Program-made: the position numbers and the translations under genes | In this document: piece after piece, positions 19,749-29,068 of the stretch | Position numbering within the stretch: position 1 is the stretch's first letter | Layout: each line of letters starts with the position of its first letter | Assembly (NCBI GenBank): GCA_965212145.1 | Contig: CBDBUY010000002.1 | Span: 68,099-132,098 of the forward strand | Length of the DNA: 64,000 nucleotides | Direction: 5' to 3' | From: Cyclobacteriaceae bacterium | GTDB lineage: Bacteria; Bacteroidota; Bacteroidia; Cytophagales; Cyclobacteriaceae | Notes under the pieces: model-generated | What the model was told of the DNA's origin: nothing | What the model saw: only the letters and a program-made list of their open reading frames with translations | The model's database searches: none

Positions 19749-22700
19749 CTAGCGTTTGAGTCTAAATTCCCAAGTTTCTTCTCTGACCTTCAGAATTAAC
19801 AAATAAAATCCGCTATCCATGTTGGGAATCTCTTGACTCAGAGTCGCGTTTAATTCTTCGAGCGTTCCGAAGTTCCTGAACAACTCTCGACCATTTAAAT
19901 CAAACATCTCAGACATAATTTGAACCTCAGGATCTAGGTTGATTTCAACTCGCGTGTTCCGAGTAATGGGATTCGGAAAAATTCTCGCTTCAGAGAGGGC
20001 TGAAGTACGAACCGAAATAATATCACTCCATTCAAATTGTCCATCGAAATCTACCTGTCTCAATCTATAGAACAAGATGTCATATCCATGATTGAAGTCT
20101 ATAAAATTGTAATAGCTAATTTCATTAGTGGTTCCCTGACCTAAAACGACTCCTATTTTATTAAACTCGTCACCATCTGTAGACCTGTAAACCTCAAAAT
20201 AGTCGTTGTTTAACTCGGAAGCTGTCACCCATGTCAACTGCACCTGTGACCTCTTCGAGTTTCCTTTGAATTCAATCAGCTCTACAGGTAATGGATTATC
20301 TGTAGATGTACTGGCTAAGGTAAACTCACTGAATTCCGTGAAATTATTCGTGGAAGTAATTGAGCCACTAGGAGCTGCTGTTCCTGTACCTCCAAGGTCG
20401 TTCCAAGTTCCGGCTCCATCTTCTTTTGCGATTCGTAAATCATTGACCTCTTCGACCTCATCATACGCGGTGTAATCAAAGGTGACAGTGCCATTTAAAA
20501 TGACCACAGATGACCCTTTACTGATGTCCCAATAGCTCAATCCAGATACATGATTTAAAGTGCCTGGAATAGTATTAGAGGATGGGGCTGTTGGGAAGTA
20601 TTCAACTGTGTAGGGGGTATTGGTTGCGTCAGCCTGTAAGACGGTTAGCTCTGCACGATGCATTTCGTCATTTTTCCCCACGGGATATTCAAGCGTTGTA
20701 TTCAGTGCTATATTAACACGCTGAATAAGAGGCCCGTCAATAAAACTACCTGCCACGAATGACAGTGTTGAATTGGCATCCATATCAATTATGTTCGTTG
20801 CATCGGTCACTACCTGACCGTCTGTTAAAGTCATAGAATTTGTCACGTTGATTGGCTTCTGGACCAACACCGCATTACCGGATAAGGAATTATCAAAAGT
20901 GAGATTATAAAATCGCTCGGGTCCATTTCCAGCTATAGTTTGCTCATCTATCCCATCGAAGGTTACCGTCCCCATCTGCTCCATAAATGGATCCGCGGCT
21001 ACACTGTTACAAGTCCAGTTTCCTGCCAGTGTAATTGTATAATTGTTTGCCGCGGTAGTTTCGAGAGCCCCTGTGCCTGTAATCAGTAAATCTCCATCTA
21101 TGTCTGTATTGGATTGAAGAGTTTTAGTGCCGGTTCCGCCGATTGTTAAATTGAAATATTGATTACCAGTTGGGACTTTCACGTTTTGAGCAGCACCACT
21201 GTAATTCACTGTGTTCCCATTTGCTGAGGCCGTGAGCGTCCCATTATCCAGGAGCGCGCCCGCAACTTCCAAAGTTGAGTTTGCACCATTGGTCCAAAAA
21301 TTAGTTGCATCAACTCCAACCAAGTCGATATCAATAGTAACACTGCCGTTGCTGGTTATAGAAATCCCTCCAGTTCCAAATTGGAAATCAGCATTGGAGA
21401 CAGAAAGAACAGCAGTTGAAGAAATAGTTTTATTACCACCTGTAATTTGAACTGATCCAACGCCCATGCCATTGCTTGGACTTATAGTCCCTATCCCACC
21501 TATTTCAGAACCCACTCCGGATATAATGACATTTAAGGCAGAGTTGACTGTAGGAGTCGTGATGCTTCCATTAACAGTCAGATCACCATCTATCGTCAAT
21601 GTTCTATCCGTCGCATCCATAGCCAGTGTACCTCCCGCATCGACTATTAGGTTATTCACTGTATAATCATCGTCCATGGAAATCGTATGTCCATTTTGAA
21701 TTTGAGGATTGTCACCGTTTCCAGGTACGCAGATGCAATCCCAGCTATTTGGGTCGCTCCAGTCCCCAGAGACAACATTGCTTTTTATCACAACATATTT
21801 ATCAACATTAATTGTCACCGGATTCGTCACTGTACAACCGGGAGCTTGGGCAGTCACGCTGAGTTGTCCAGTACCCGCAGAACCCCAATCCACTGTGACA
21901 CTATTTAAATCTACTCCCGAAGAGGCGCTCGTAATAGTGCCGCCGTTAATGGTCCAGGAATAGGTGTAACCTGACCTCAAGTCAACGGAGTATGCCACTC
22001 CAGTTTCATTTTCAGGTACCACACGATCTCCATTGATTGTGGATGGTGCAATGCTGTTAATATTCACACCCGTTGTAGCCGTTTCTGATACCGTGCATGA
22101 GTTCATAACAAATAGAGAAACAGAACCTTCTTGAGCCGTGTTACTCCAATTGATCGTCACAGTGCCGGTTCCTTGCCCACTGGCAATGCTTCCGCCCACT
22201 GCTGACCATGTATAATCCGTCAAGCCAGTGGTGGAACTGGTAATCGAATAGGTGTCACCTGTATCGCCCTTGCACACATCCGTCACGCCAGTGAATGTTG
22301 GGGTTGATGGTGGTGTACAATTTGTATTGTCCCCAAAGGCATATTGAGCTGCCATGGTTGTTAGTCCGCTTCGTTTGGCTTCCTCACTTGCGGCAGCTAC
22401 ATGGCTGCCTTCCACTACCCAGTCATCCGAGGAGCTTGCTCGGACTAAAAGTCGAGTGTCTGCATCTATCGTAAAAGAGGAAAACCCAGCTCCAGTGAGC
22501 TCTAAATCATAGGATGTGCCTGAGGTAAATCCATTATTAACTTGTGCATCCCAATATCCTTCAACAAATGTGTTGTAGATGGTCTCAGCTCCGTCAGTCA
22601 AGCTAAGACCCTCTGACCCTGGATTACTCTGGACAAATTGCAAACAAAGTGTACCGTCTGATTTCGTCACATCAGAGAGGGTGATTTCTGCAGGTCGATA

Positions 22701-25700
22701 GAATTCAGAGGTCCCGATGGGAAACAGCAATTGCGTCGTTGTGAGGTTATCAATCCATCGCTCAAACTGCCCATCCACGATTCCATCAGTATAAACTAGT
22801 GATCCTTCGTTGGCAGCTGAGGTTCCCAATGTGAGTTTATTCGTTCCTGTAGCCACGACCCCACTGGTAAGAGTGAAAGAATTAGAAGAGGTGACATTGC
22901 TAGCGAGGGTCACATTGTCACTGGCTTTGTTAATTACCAGATCATAAAAAGTTTCCCCGGTCAAACTGGAAATAGTCTGAGCCTTGGTTCCAGTGAAGGT
23001 AACTGTTTGCGTTCCTTCAGTGAATGTTCCTAAATTATTCCATCTACCCTCTATGACCAGATCGTTGGCATTTGAGGCTACATCAAAATCTCCACTACTG
23101 ATGGTAAGGTCGCCAAGAATCGTAAGGTCATCCTGAGTGCTATTGTCTATCGATCCTGAAAGAATAAGATTATAATACTTGGCATTTAAAGGAGTAGTAA
23201 TTGTAGCACCGAGAGGATCCGTTGTAGCGTACTCCACCGTATTATTTTCTGCCGAAGCTTTTAAAATCCCTTTTGTAGAAAAAATTTCACCACCTACTTT
23301 CAAGTAGGAACCTTCTGCATTAAGCCATATTGAATCATCTCCTTTACCCTCTATGTTGTCATTGAAGGTGATTGAACCATTATTTGTTACAATTTTTTTA
23401 TCATCGACCTCTACATTTCCAATTATCAGTAGGTCAGCCGTTGATTCTATGCTGACTTCACCTTTGATTTTCAATGCCAAGTCACCAGAACAGCTTAAGG
23501 TTCCCGAGCCATCAAGCGTTGATCCAGCACCCCCCTTGAACTCAACTGCTTTATTACCGGTGTTTCCGGTAATAGTGCCATTCAATATGAGATTACCATT
23601 AACCTTTAGTTTGTTATCATCCTGATTAATCACTCCACCAGCATCCACTGTTACATTCTGAATATCTACGTCTCCTGTCAGAGTCACCCGATGACCATCA
23701 AGAATATTTACGCTTTGAAATTCAGTTGGTTCGCAATTACAGTCCCAGGTATTTGGATCATCCCAGTCTCCAGTTTGGACACTGAGTGTATTCTTATAAA
23801 TCTCAACAGATAGTGTGACTGCATCAGAGTCGGGAGAACAACTGCTGCTTGCAACTACACTTACTGTTCCTAATCCTGCGTCATTCCAATCGACAGTAAT
23901 AATATTAGTTGTACCTCCTGACACTTGAGTACCCCCTGTGATTGTCCAAGTGTATGTATAGCCGGCATTACTTTCCACAGAATACGTCACTCCTGTTTGA
24001 TCCTCCGCTACGTTAGTACTTCCCGTGATTACTGATGTTGGCAGGGTATTGATATTCACCGGAAGATCCACATCGTCGCTTCTTGTACATCCATTTTCCT
24101 CATAAACATTAACATTCCCAACCATGCCTGTGGCTCCCCAATCGATATTCACGCTATTCACGTCAACTCCTGAGGAGGCTCCAGAAATGGTTCCGCCGGT
24201 TACACTCCAATAGTATGTATTCCCAGAATTTAATGTTACCGAATAAGTGGATCCAGTGTCCCCTGTGCATACTTCACTGCTCCCCGTAATCGCGAATGTG
24301 ATTGGAGCAGTGCAATTAGTGTCATCAGCTAAGGCAAAATCCGAAGACAGAGAGGTCAAAGCTGTTCGCTTGGCTACATTTCCAATGGCACTGGCATGTG
24401 AACCTTCAGCCACCCAGTCACTTGAGGTGTTGTCCCTTCGAAGTATCCTTGTAGCAGCCTCAACAGAAAATGAAGTCATTCCCGTAGCGGTCAAATCCAG
24501 ATCAAAACCTGATCCCGCATCAAAGCTGTTGTCTGATGATAACCTCCAAAACCCTTCCACAAAAGTGTTGTAAACGGTCGTAGCTCCATCTGTTAAACTG
24601 AGGCCTGAGTTACCGGGATTTGATTCAACAAACTCTATTGTAACCGTCCCGCCTGTTTTGGAGATATCTGTAAATGTCGGTTCTGCCGGAACGTAGAGAG
24701 CGGAGGTGCCTACAGGGAATAGCAATTTTGATACGGTGGTTGCCGCTATCCAGCGTTCAAATCCTCCGATTACGCTTCCCGAGGTGTGGCTTAAAGTTCC
24801 TTCGTTTGTTGTGGCGTCCCCAAGGGTCAGTACATTGACTCCAGTATTTACATTTCCTGAAGTCATTGTGAGGGTGTTGGTGACCGATGCGTCATCATGC
24901 AAAATCAATGTTCCAGAAGCTTTGTTGATCGTTAAATCGTAAAATATTTCACCATTGGAATTTGAGATGGTCTGCTCAGTACTTCCATCGAATGTTACCA
25001 TTGAATTATTGGGAATAAATGTGCCGGAATTACTCCAGTTGCCTTCTACAGTGAGATCGAAATTATTTCCTGGATCAGTGTCAAGAGTACTTGAGATTGT
25101 TAAATCACCCAGAATGGTTAAATCCCCTAGCATCGTTTTCACGAGAGACCCGGCTAACTGCAGATTATAATAAGAATTAGCTAACGGTATGGTGATATCG
25201 GTATCACCCTGTTCTGCATAGATGACTGTGTTTCCGGGAGCACTGGCATTGAGGGTTCCTCCGTTTTTCATGATATCCTTCAAGGATATTAATGTTGAGC
25301 CTGCCGCATTTGTCCAAGTATCTGTAGCTCCATTGTCTTTGAGTTCTTTGGTGGTGATGTTCCCATTATTGGTAACTGTACTACCACCGCTTAGGACGAA
25401 ATCATCGGTGATCGATAGGTTCGTTCCGACTAGAATATCTACAGTAGCACTGGTCATTACTTCCATCTCTTTATCACTGTAGTGATTTCCCGTACCGGAC
25501 AAGTCCACTCCATCGTTTAGAATCGTTTTCTTTTTTCCCTGTCTCTCACCATTTAGAATCAATGCGGAGGTGATGGTCAATTCGCCACTATTATCATCAT
25601 CCAAAATTCCGCCTGCGTTTACAATGAGGGTCGCAACTGTGACATCTGCCGTGAGTTTGACAATATGATCACGGCTAATTCTGACCTTATCCGTAGCGGT

Positions 25701-26066
25701 CGGAGTGCCTGGGTCGCCTAGCCATGTGCCGGCATCACTCCAGTTTCCAGATTGATCAGATATGTACGCAGGGGTAACAGTCCCTGATAACGTCAGTACA
25801 CTTCCATCAAAATGAAATTCACCATCATCATTAATTGTTAGATCGTTGACGGTTCTCGCAGCTGTGAGTGTAACCACGTGATTTGCTGATACAACGGCAT
25901 TATCGGTATTAGCTGGCCAATCCGTGCCCTGTATTCCGGGACTTGTATTTCCCCAAGTAGCTCCATCGTTCCAATTGCCAGATTCAACGGAGGTGAAAGT
26001 TGTTTGAGATCTCAATTGTGCGGATAAGCACATGAAAACCCCTATTGCAGCGATAATTTTGCCCAT
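19749..26066 (-). CDS. giant (2105 aa) secreted repeat protein / putative adhesin with T9SS C-terminal sorting domain
   Basis: Signal peptide MGKIIAAIGVFMCLSAQLRSQ; three super-repeats; C-terminal LPVELIEFKG..LTW..YFEVYRS Ig/FN3-like module, then RIFPNPITRNTRVEINL..GFYLLILKV CTD. Confidence 0.9.
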   Translation of the reverse strand: MGKIIAAIGVFMCLSAQLRSQTTFTSVESGNWNDGATWGNTSPGIQGTDWPANTDNAVVSANHVVTLTAARTVNDLTINDDGEFHFDGSVLTLSGTVTPAYISDQSGNWSDAGTWLGDPGTPTATDKVRISRDHIVKLTADVTVATLIVNAGGILDDDNSGELTITSALILNGERQGKKKTILNDGVDLSGTGNHYSDKEMEVMTSATVDILVGTNLSITDDFVLSGGSTVTNNGNITTKELKDNGATDTWTNAAGSTLISLKDIMKNGGTLNASAPGNTVIYAEQGDTDITIPLANSYYNLQLAGSLVKTMLGDLTILGDLTISSTLDTDPGNNFDLTVEGNWSNSGTFIPNNSMVTFDGSTEQTISNSNGEIFYDLTINKASGTLILHDDASVTNTLTMTSGNVNTGVNVLTLGDATTNEGTLSHTSGSVIGGFERWIAATTVSKLLFPVGTSALYVPAEPTFTDISKTGGTVTIEFVESNPGNSGLSLTDGATTVYNTFVEGFWRLSSDNSFDAGSGFDLDLTATGMTSFSVEAATRILRRDNTSSDWVAEGSHASAIGNVAKRTALTSLSSDFALADDTNCTAPITFAITGSSEVCTGDTGSTYSVTLNSGNTYYWSVTGGTISGASSGVDVNSVNIDWGATGMVGNVNVYEENGCTRSDDVDLPVNINTLPTSVITGSTNVAEDQTGVTYSVESNAGYTYTWTITGGTQVSGGTTNIITVDWNDAGLGTVSVVASSSCSPDSDAVTLSVEIYKNTLSVQTGDWDDPNTWDCNCEPTEFQSVNILDGHRVTLTGDVDIQNVTVDAGGVINQDDNKLKVNGNLILNGTITGNTGNKAVEFKGGAGSTLDGSGTLSCSGDLALKIKGEVSIESTADLLIIGNVEVDDKKIVTNNGSITFNDNIEGKGDDSIWLNAEGSYLKVGGEIFSTKGILKASAENNTVEYATTDPLGATITTPLNAKYYNLILSGSIDNSTQDDLTILGDLTISSGDFDVASNANDLVIEGRWNNLGTFTEGTQTVTFTGTKAQTISSLTGETFYDLVINKASDNVTLASNVTSSNSFTLTSGVVATGTNKLTLGTSAANEGSLVYTDGIVDGQFERWIDNLTTTQLLFPIGTSEFYRPAEITLSDVTKSDGTLCLQFVQSNPGSEGLSLTDGAETIYNTFVEGYWDAQVNNGFTSGTSYDLELTGAGFSSFTIDADTRLLVRASSSDDWVVEGSHVAAASEEAKRSGLTTMAAQYAFGDNTNCTPPSTPTFTGVTDVCKGDTGDTYSITSSTTGLTDYTWSAVGGSIASGQGTGTVTINWSNTAQEGSVSLFVMNSCTVSETATTGVNINSIAPSTINGDRVVPENETGVAYSVDLRSGYTYSWTINGGTITSASSGVDLNSVTVDWGSAGTGQLSVTAQAPGCTVTNPVTINVDKYVVIKSNVVSGDWSDPNSWDCICVPGNGDNPQIQNGHTISMDDDYTVNNLIVDAGGTLAMDATDRTLTIDGDLTVNGSITTPTVNSALNVIISGVGSEIGGIGTISPSNGMGVGSVQITGGNKTISSTAVLSVSNADFQFGTGGISITSNGSVTIDIDLVGVDATNFWTNGANSTLEVAGALLDNGTLTASANGNTVNYSGAAQNVKVPTGNQYFNLTIGGTGTKTLQSNTDIDGDLLITGTGALETTAANNYTITLAGNWTCNSVAADPFMEQMGTVTFDGIDEQTIAGNGPERFYNLTFDNSLSGNAVLVQKPINVTNSMTLTDGQVVTDATNIIDMDANSTLSFVAGSFIDGPLIQRVNIALNTTLEYPVGKNDEMHRAELTVLQADATNTPYTVEYFPTAPSSNTIPGTLNHVSGLSYWDISKGSSVVILNGTVTFDYTAYDEVEEVNDLRIAKEDGAGTWNDLGGTGTAAPSGSITSTNNFTEFSEFTLASTSTDNPLPVELIEFKGNSKRSQVQLTWVTASELNNDYFEVYRSTDGDEFNKIGVVLGQGTTNEISYYNFIDFNHGYDILFYRLRQVDFDGQFEWSDIISVRTSALSEARIFPNPITRNTRVEINLDPEVQIMSEMFDLNGRELFRNFGTLEELNATLSQEIPNMDSGFYLLILKVREETWEFRLKR
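20296..21800 (-). repeat. super-repeat C of giant protein (aa about 1423-1924; more diverged, lacks the two Ig-like modules)
   Basis: SGDWSDPNSWDCICVPGNGDN opening; NGNTVNY, YFNLTIGG, GDLLITG, FYNLTFDN landmarks collinear with A and B. Confidence 0.5.
21801..23801 (-). repeat. super-repeat B of giant protein (aa about 756-1422; boundaries approximate)
   Basis: TGDWDDPNTWDCNCEP opening; same DLTILGDLTISS, FYDLVINKAS, FERWI..LLFPIGTS, NTFVEGYW landmarks in the same order as repeat A, again ending in two Ig-like modules. Confidence 0.6.
23802..25769 (-). repeat. super-repeat A of giant protein (aa about 100-755; boundaries approximate)
   Basis: SGNWSDAGTW..P..TDKVRISRDHIV opening; DLTILGDLTISS; FYDLTINKAS; FERWI..LLFPVGTS; NTFVEGFW; two Cys-framed Ig-like modules (Y.W.V.GG.I..G....V.W). 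Confidence 0.6.
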
Positions 26067-26088
26067 GTTTTCAAAAGTGTGCGAACGT

Positions 26089-26096
26089 CAAAAGTA
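26089..26096 (-). promoter_or_regulatory. Bacteroidota-type -7 promoter box (TACTTTTG) for the giant gene
   Basis: Minus strand reads TACTTTTG, matching TAnnTTTG, 23-30 nt upstream of ATG 26066. Confidence 0.4.
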
Positions 26097-26120
26097 CAGA
26101 TAAACCTAATTAAACTTATA

Positions 26121-26138
26121 TTTTCACTTAAGTGAAAA
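26121..26138. promoter_or_regulatory. perfect 18-bp palindrome TTTTCACTTAAGTGAAAA (operator or weak terminator)
   Basis: Self-complementary over all 18 nt; lies between the stop of the 514-aa gene (26214) and the start of the giant gene (26066). Confidence 0.4.
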
Positions 26139-26213
26139 GGCATTTATACAAAAAATAAGGTATGTTCGACTAATAGTATTTACCTGTCGACGAGTGAATT
26201 GTTTTGGATAATG

Positions 26214-27758
26214 TCAGCTGATGATTGGGTGCTGTGAGACTTTATTCTTAATCACTTCCATAATCGACCTGCCTTCAATCTTCGACTCCAACCAGGAGAC
26301 CATATCGAAATACACAAATCCCCGTTCGTACGGATCGTCCTGAATCTCCAGCATTCGCTCTTTGAGTCCCTTGAATCGCTCAATTACCTCTTCTTCTGTC
26401 AATGTCGGCTGCAACCCTCGCAGGAAATTCAAGACCAATCGCTGATATTCAAGCAGGTCGTCCCGTTTCAGCAAGTAGCGATACGTCGAGCGGATGGAAT
26501 ACTGGACCAAATCCGTATCACCCAATTCGTACTGACAAATCAAATTCAAAATCCTTGCAAACCCATTGATGTCTTCCCGAAGGTCGACTTCTCTGGATGT
26601 GAGGACTTTATTCAACCAAAAAACTGCTTTGCTAAAATCACTGTTCCCAAAGTACAGGCAGGCTGTTTTGTAGAAAAGGATCACCCTTGAGTGCGCATCG
26701 AGTTGGTTGATAAAACCCTCGAGTCCGGAAGAAAGCCGCTCTATGAGCTCCACCCCACGATCAAACTCACCACTCAGAAACATACTATTGAACTCATGTA
26801 CGAATGTGTACTTGAGCATCTTCAGTCGGATGTTTTCATTGTACATTGAAGGGTGCAATTTGTTTAATGTGCGAAGTTCTTTTTTCGTGTCTTGAAATTC
26901 GTGATACAGTTGGAGCTTGTTTTGAGCAATGAGCAGGTAATTCAACGCCGTAATGTAGCTCTCCAAACCCACCCGCTGTAATACCTTCTTATTCTTGAAA
27001 ATGGCCACCCATTTCTCCGCATAGCGCATTCCTTGTTCGAAATTCTGAATGAAGAAATAGTACCCGATATAGAGGTGATATAGGTTTATCCGCTCAGTAA
27101 CTGACAACTTGCCCTCGGTGACCAAAGGCAGGTTGGACGTGAAAATGGATTCGATTTGTCGAAATTCTTTTTCGTTCTTGATGTAGCCCGTCTTTCGGTA
27201 TAACGCTTGCAATTTCGCTTGCAGGTTAGAGAATGTATTGATGTTATTGATGCGCTCGCTAACCTCTCTCACTTTGTTTACAACCTCGTCCACATAGTGC
27301 TGATTTTCCCTATCAAGCGTGTGATTGAGTACTTGCTTTTGCCATTTGAGAATCACCAATTGCAATTCCAGGTTGTCCGTTTCGTTGGCCAGTTTTTCCG
27401 CCTTTTTCAAACGTTTGGCGCATTGCTGGTATAGACTCTTGTTGAACAAAATCTGAGCTTCATCGATCAATTCCCTAATCTCAATACTCGGTACTGACTT
27501 GAGTGAAAAATCTCGCAGTGACTTGAGTATTTTGGCGTACAAATGGGCCTTGAGATTCGAGAACTGACCAGGGTCAAAATCAGGCTCTGTAAGAAGAATC
27601 GCCTCCTCATCAAATTCCTTTTGAGACTCCATCAATTCAAAAAGCCGCAAGAATTTCTTGTCACCCGCACTCGATTGCGACAATCTGAAGTACCGTTTTT
27701 CACTCTTTGAAAGTGACTTCACTAAGGTGAACAGGGTATCAGATCGATTTTTAGACAT
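26214..27758 (-). CDS. cytoplasmic all-alpha (TPR-like) protein of unknown function
   Basis: 514 aa; no signal peptide or TM; helical heptad-like composition throughout; N-terminal TLFTLVKSLSKSEKRYFRL segment. I cannot assign a family. Confidence 0.6.
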   Translation of the reverse strand: MSKNRSDTLFTLVKSLSKSEKRYFRLSQSSAGDKKFLRLFELMESQKEFDEEAILLTEPDFDPGQFSNLKAHLYAKILKSLRDFSLKSVPSIEIRELIDEAQILFNKSLYQQCAKRLKKAEKLANETDNLELQLVILKWQKQVLNHTLDRENQHYVDEVVNKVREVSERINNINTFSNLQAKLQALYRKTGYIKNEKEFRQIESIFTSNLPLVTEGKLSVTERINLYHLYIGYYFFIQNFEQGMRYAEKWVAIFKNKKVLQRVGLESYITALNYLLIAQNKLQLYHEFQDTKKELRTLNKLHPSMYNENIRLKMLKYTFVHEFNSMFLSGEFDRGVELIERLSSGLEGFINQLDAHSRVILFYKTACLYFGNSDFSKAVFWLNKVLTSREVDLREDINGFARILNLICQYELGDTDLVQYSIRSTYRYLLKRDDLLEYQRLVLNFLRGLQPTLTEEEVIERFKGLKERMLEIQDDPYERGFVYFDMVSWLESKIEGRSIMEVIKNKVSQHPIIS

Positions 27759-27869
27759 TGTAGTTAAAACACTAAATTATTTAATTCTAAACACATAAGA
27801 ATATTTTTTAAATTTTTAGAAATCGTATTTAATCAATTAATAGGTTCGATATGGCCTATAAGAGGTGTC

Positions 27870-27877
27870 TACTTTTG
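27870..27877 (+). promoter_or_regulatory. Bacteroidota-type -7 promoter box (TACTTTTG) for the leu/ilv operon
   Basis: TAnnTTTG match 25 nt upstream of ATG 27902; supports the shorter leuA start. Confidence 0.4.
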
Positions 27878-27901
27878 AGGCTCGATAAACCCAATAAAAC
27901 C

Positions 27902-29050
27902 ATGGATAATCGAATCCAAATATTTGATACAACATTAAGGGACGGTGAGCAGGTGCCCGGTTGCAGACTTGATACGGAGAACAAACTCCTCATTGCAGAG
28001 CAGTTGGAGCAGTTAGGAGTAGATGTCATAGAGGCAGGTTTCCCGATTTCAAGTCCAGGAGATTTTGAGAGTGTTACTCAAATCGCAAAACTCATAAAAA
28101 ACGCTACAGTTTGTGCTCTTTCAAGAGCTGTTGAAAAGGACATTGAAGCAGCGGGAGAAGCTGTGAAACATGCGGCCCGTCCACGGATTCATACGGGCAT
28201 TGGCACGTCAGATCAGCATGTGTTTACCAAGATCAAAACCACCAAAGAGAACATCATAGAAATTGGAGTCAAGGCCGTGAAGATGGCCAGAAAATTCACC
28301 GATGATGTGGAGTTCTATGCAGAAGATGCTGGAAGAACTGACAATGAGTACTTGGCCAAAGTGGTGGAAGCTGCTATCGCTGCAGGCGCGACGGTAGTGA
28401 ATATTCCTGATACCACTGGTTTTTGTCTTCCGGAAGTTTATGGAGCGAAAATCAAGTACCTAGTGGATAATGTGAAAGGAATAGAGAATGCGACTATCTC
28501 AACTCATTGTCACAACGACCTAGGACTAGCCACCGCCAATTCATTTGCAGGAGTTCAAAATGGTGCCCGTCAAATCGAGTGTACCATCAATGGAATCGGA
28601 GAGCGAGCAGGTAATACCTCGCTTGAGGAATGCGTGATGATCATGAAGAAACACGGCGATCAGGGATTCACAACGGGTATCCATACGGAGAAATTTCACA
28701 TGATCAGTCAACTCGTTTCGGAGAAAATGAACATGGTGGTTCAGCCGAACAAAGCTGTTGTGGGAGCCAATGCATTCGCCCATTCATCTGGTATTCACCA
28801 AGATGGGTTTATCAAAAACAGAGATAACTACGAAATTATTTTCCCTGAAGAAGTGGGAGTGGGGCAGTCACAGATTGTACTTACGGCCAGAAGTGGAAGA
28901 GCAGCATTAAATCATAGATTGAAACAAATCGGTGTGGACTTGAGCAAGGAAGATTTACAACCTGTTTACGAAGCATTTCTCGATTTGGCAGATAAAAAAG
29001 ACGTCATCGAGGATGTTGATTTGAAAGAATTGGCGGCAGTTTATTCATAA
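27902..29050 (+). CDS. leuA: 2-isopropylmalate synthase, short form (catalytic TIM barrel + linker, no C-terminal LeuA-dimer regulatory domain)
   Basis: [17 protein letters not shown].., [24 protein letters not shown]; 382 aa from ATG 27902 (ORF track start 27851 adds 17 aa). Confidence 0.85.
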   Translation: MDNRIQIFDTTLRDGEQVPGCRLDTENKLLIAEQLEQLGVDVIEAGFPISSPGDFESVTQIAKLIKNATVCALSRAVEKDIEAAGEAVKHAARPRIHTGIGTSDQHVFTKIKTTKENIIEIGVKAVKMARKFTDDVEFYAEDAGRTDNEYLAKVVEAAIAAGATVVNIPDTTGFCLPEVYGAKIKYLVDNVKGIENATISTHCHNDLGLATANSFAGVQNGARQIECTINGIGERAGNTSLEECVMIMKKHGDQGFTTGIHTEKFHMISQLVSEKMNMVVQPNKAVVGANAFAHSSGIHQDGFIKNRDNYEIIFPEEVGVGQSQIVLTARSGRAALNHRLKQIGVDLSKEDLQPVYEAFLDLADKKDVIEDVDLKELAAVYS

Positions 29051-29068
29051 GTTAAAAGACAACAAGAA

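Noticed and set aside
19737-26147. 10-nt inverted match ATAAATGCCT (19737-19746) / AGGCATTTAT (26138-26147) flanking the giant adhesin gene, as if it were a cassette with terminal inverted repeats.
   Set aside because: It is only 10 nt, AT-rich, and about 2% likely by chance for two spacers of about 100 nt. There is no transposase, target-site duplication or other mobile-element signature.
27851-27901. 17-codon upstream extension of leu[18 protein letters not shown], with four Leu codons in five positions. It looks like a leucine attenuation leader peptide.
   Set aside because: It is in frame with leuA with no stop, so it is not a separate leader ORF. The Leu codons coincide with the TACTTTTG -7 promoter box (27870-27877), which would place the TSS downstream of this ATG. 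No terminator/antiterminator pair is visible.
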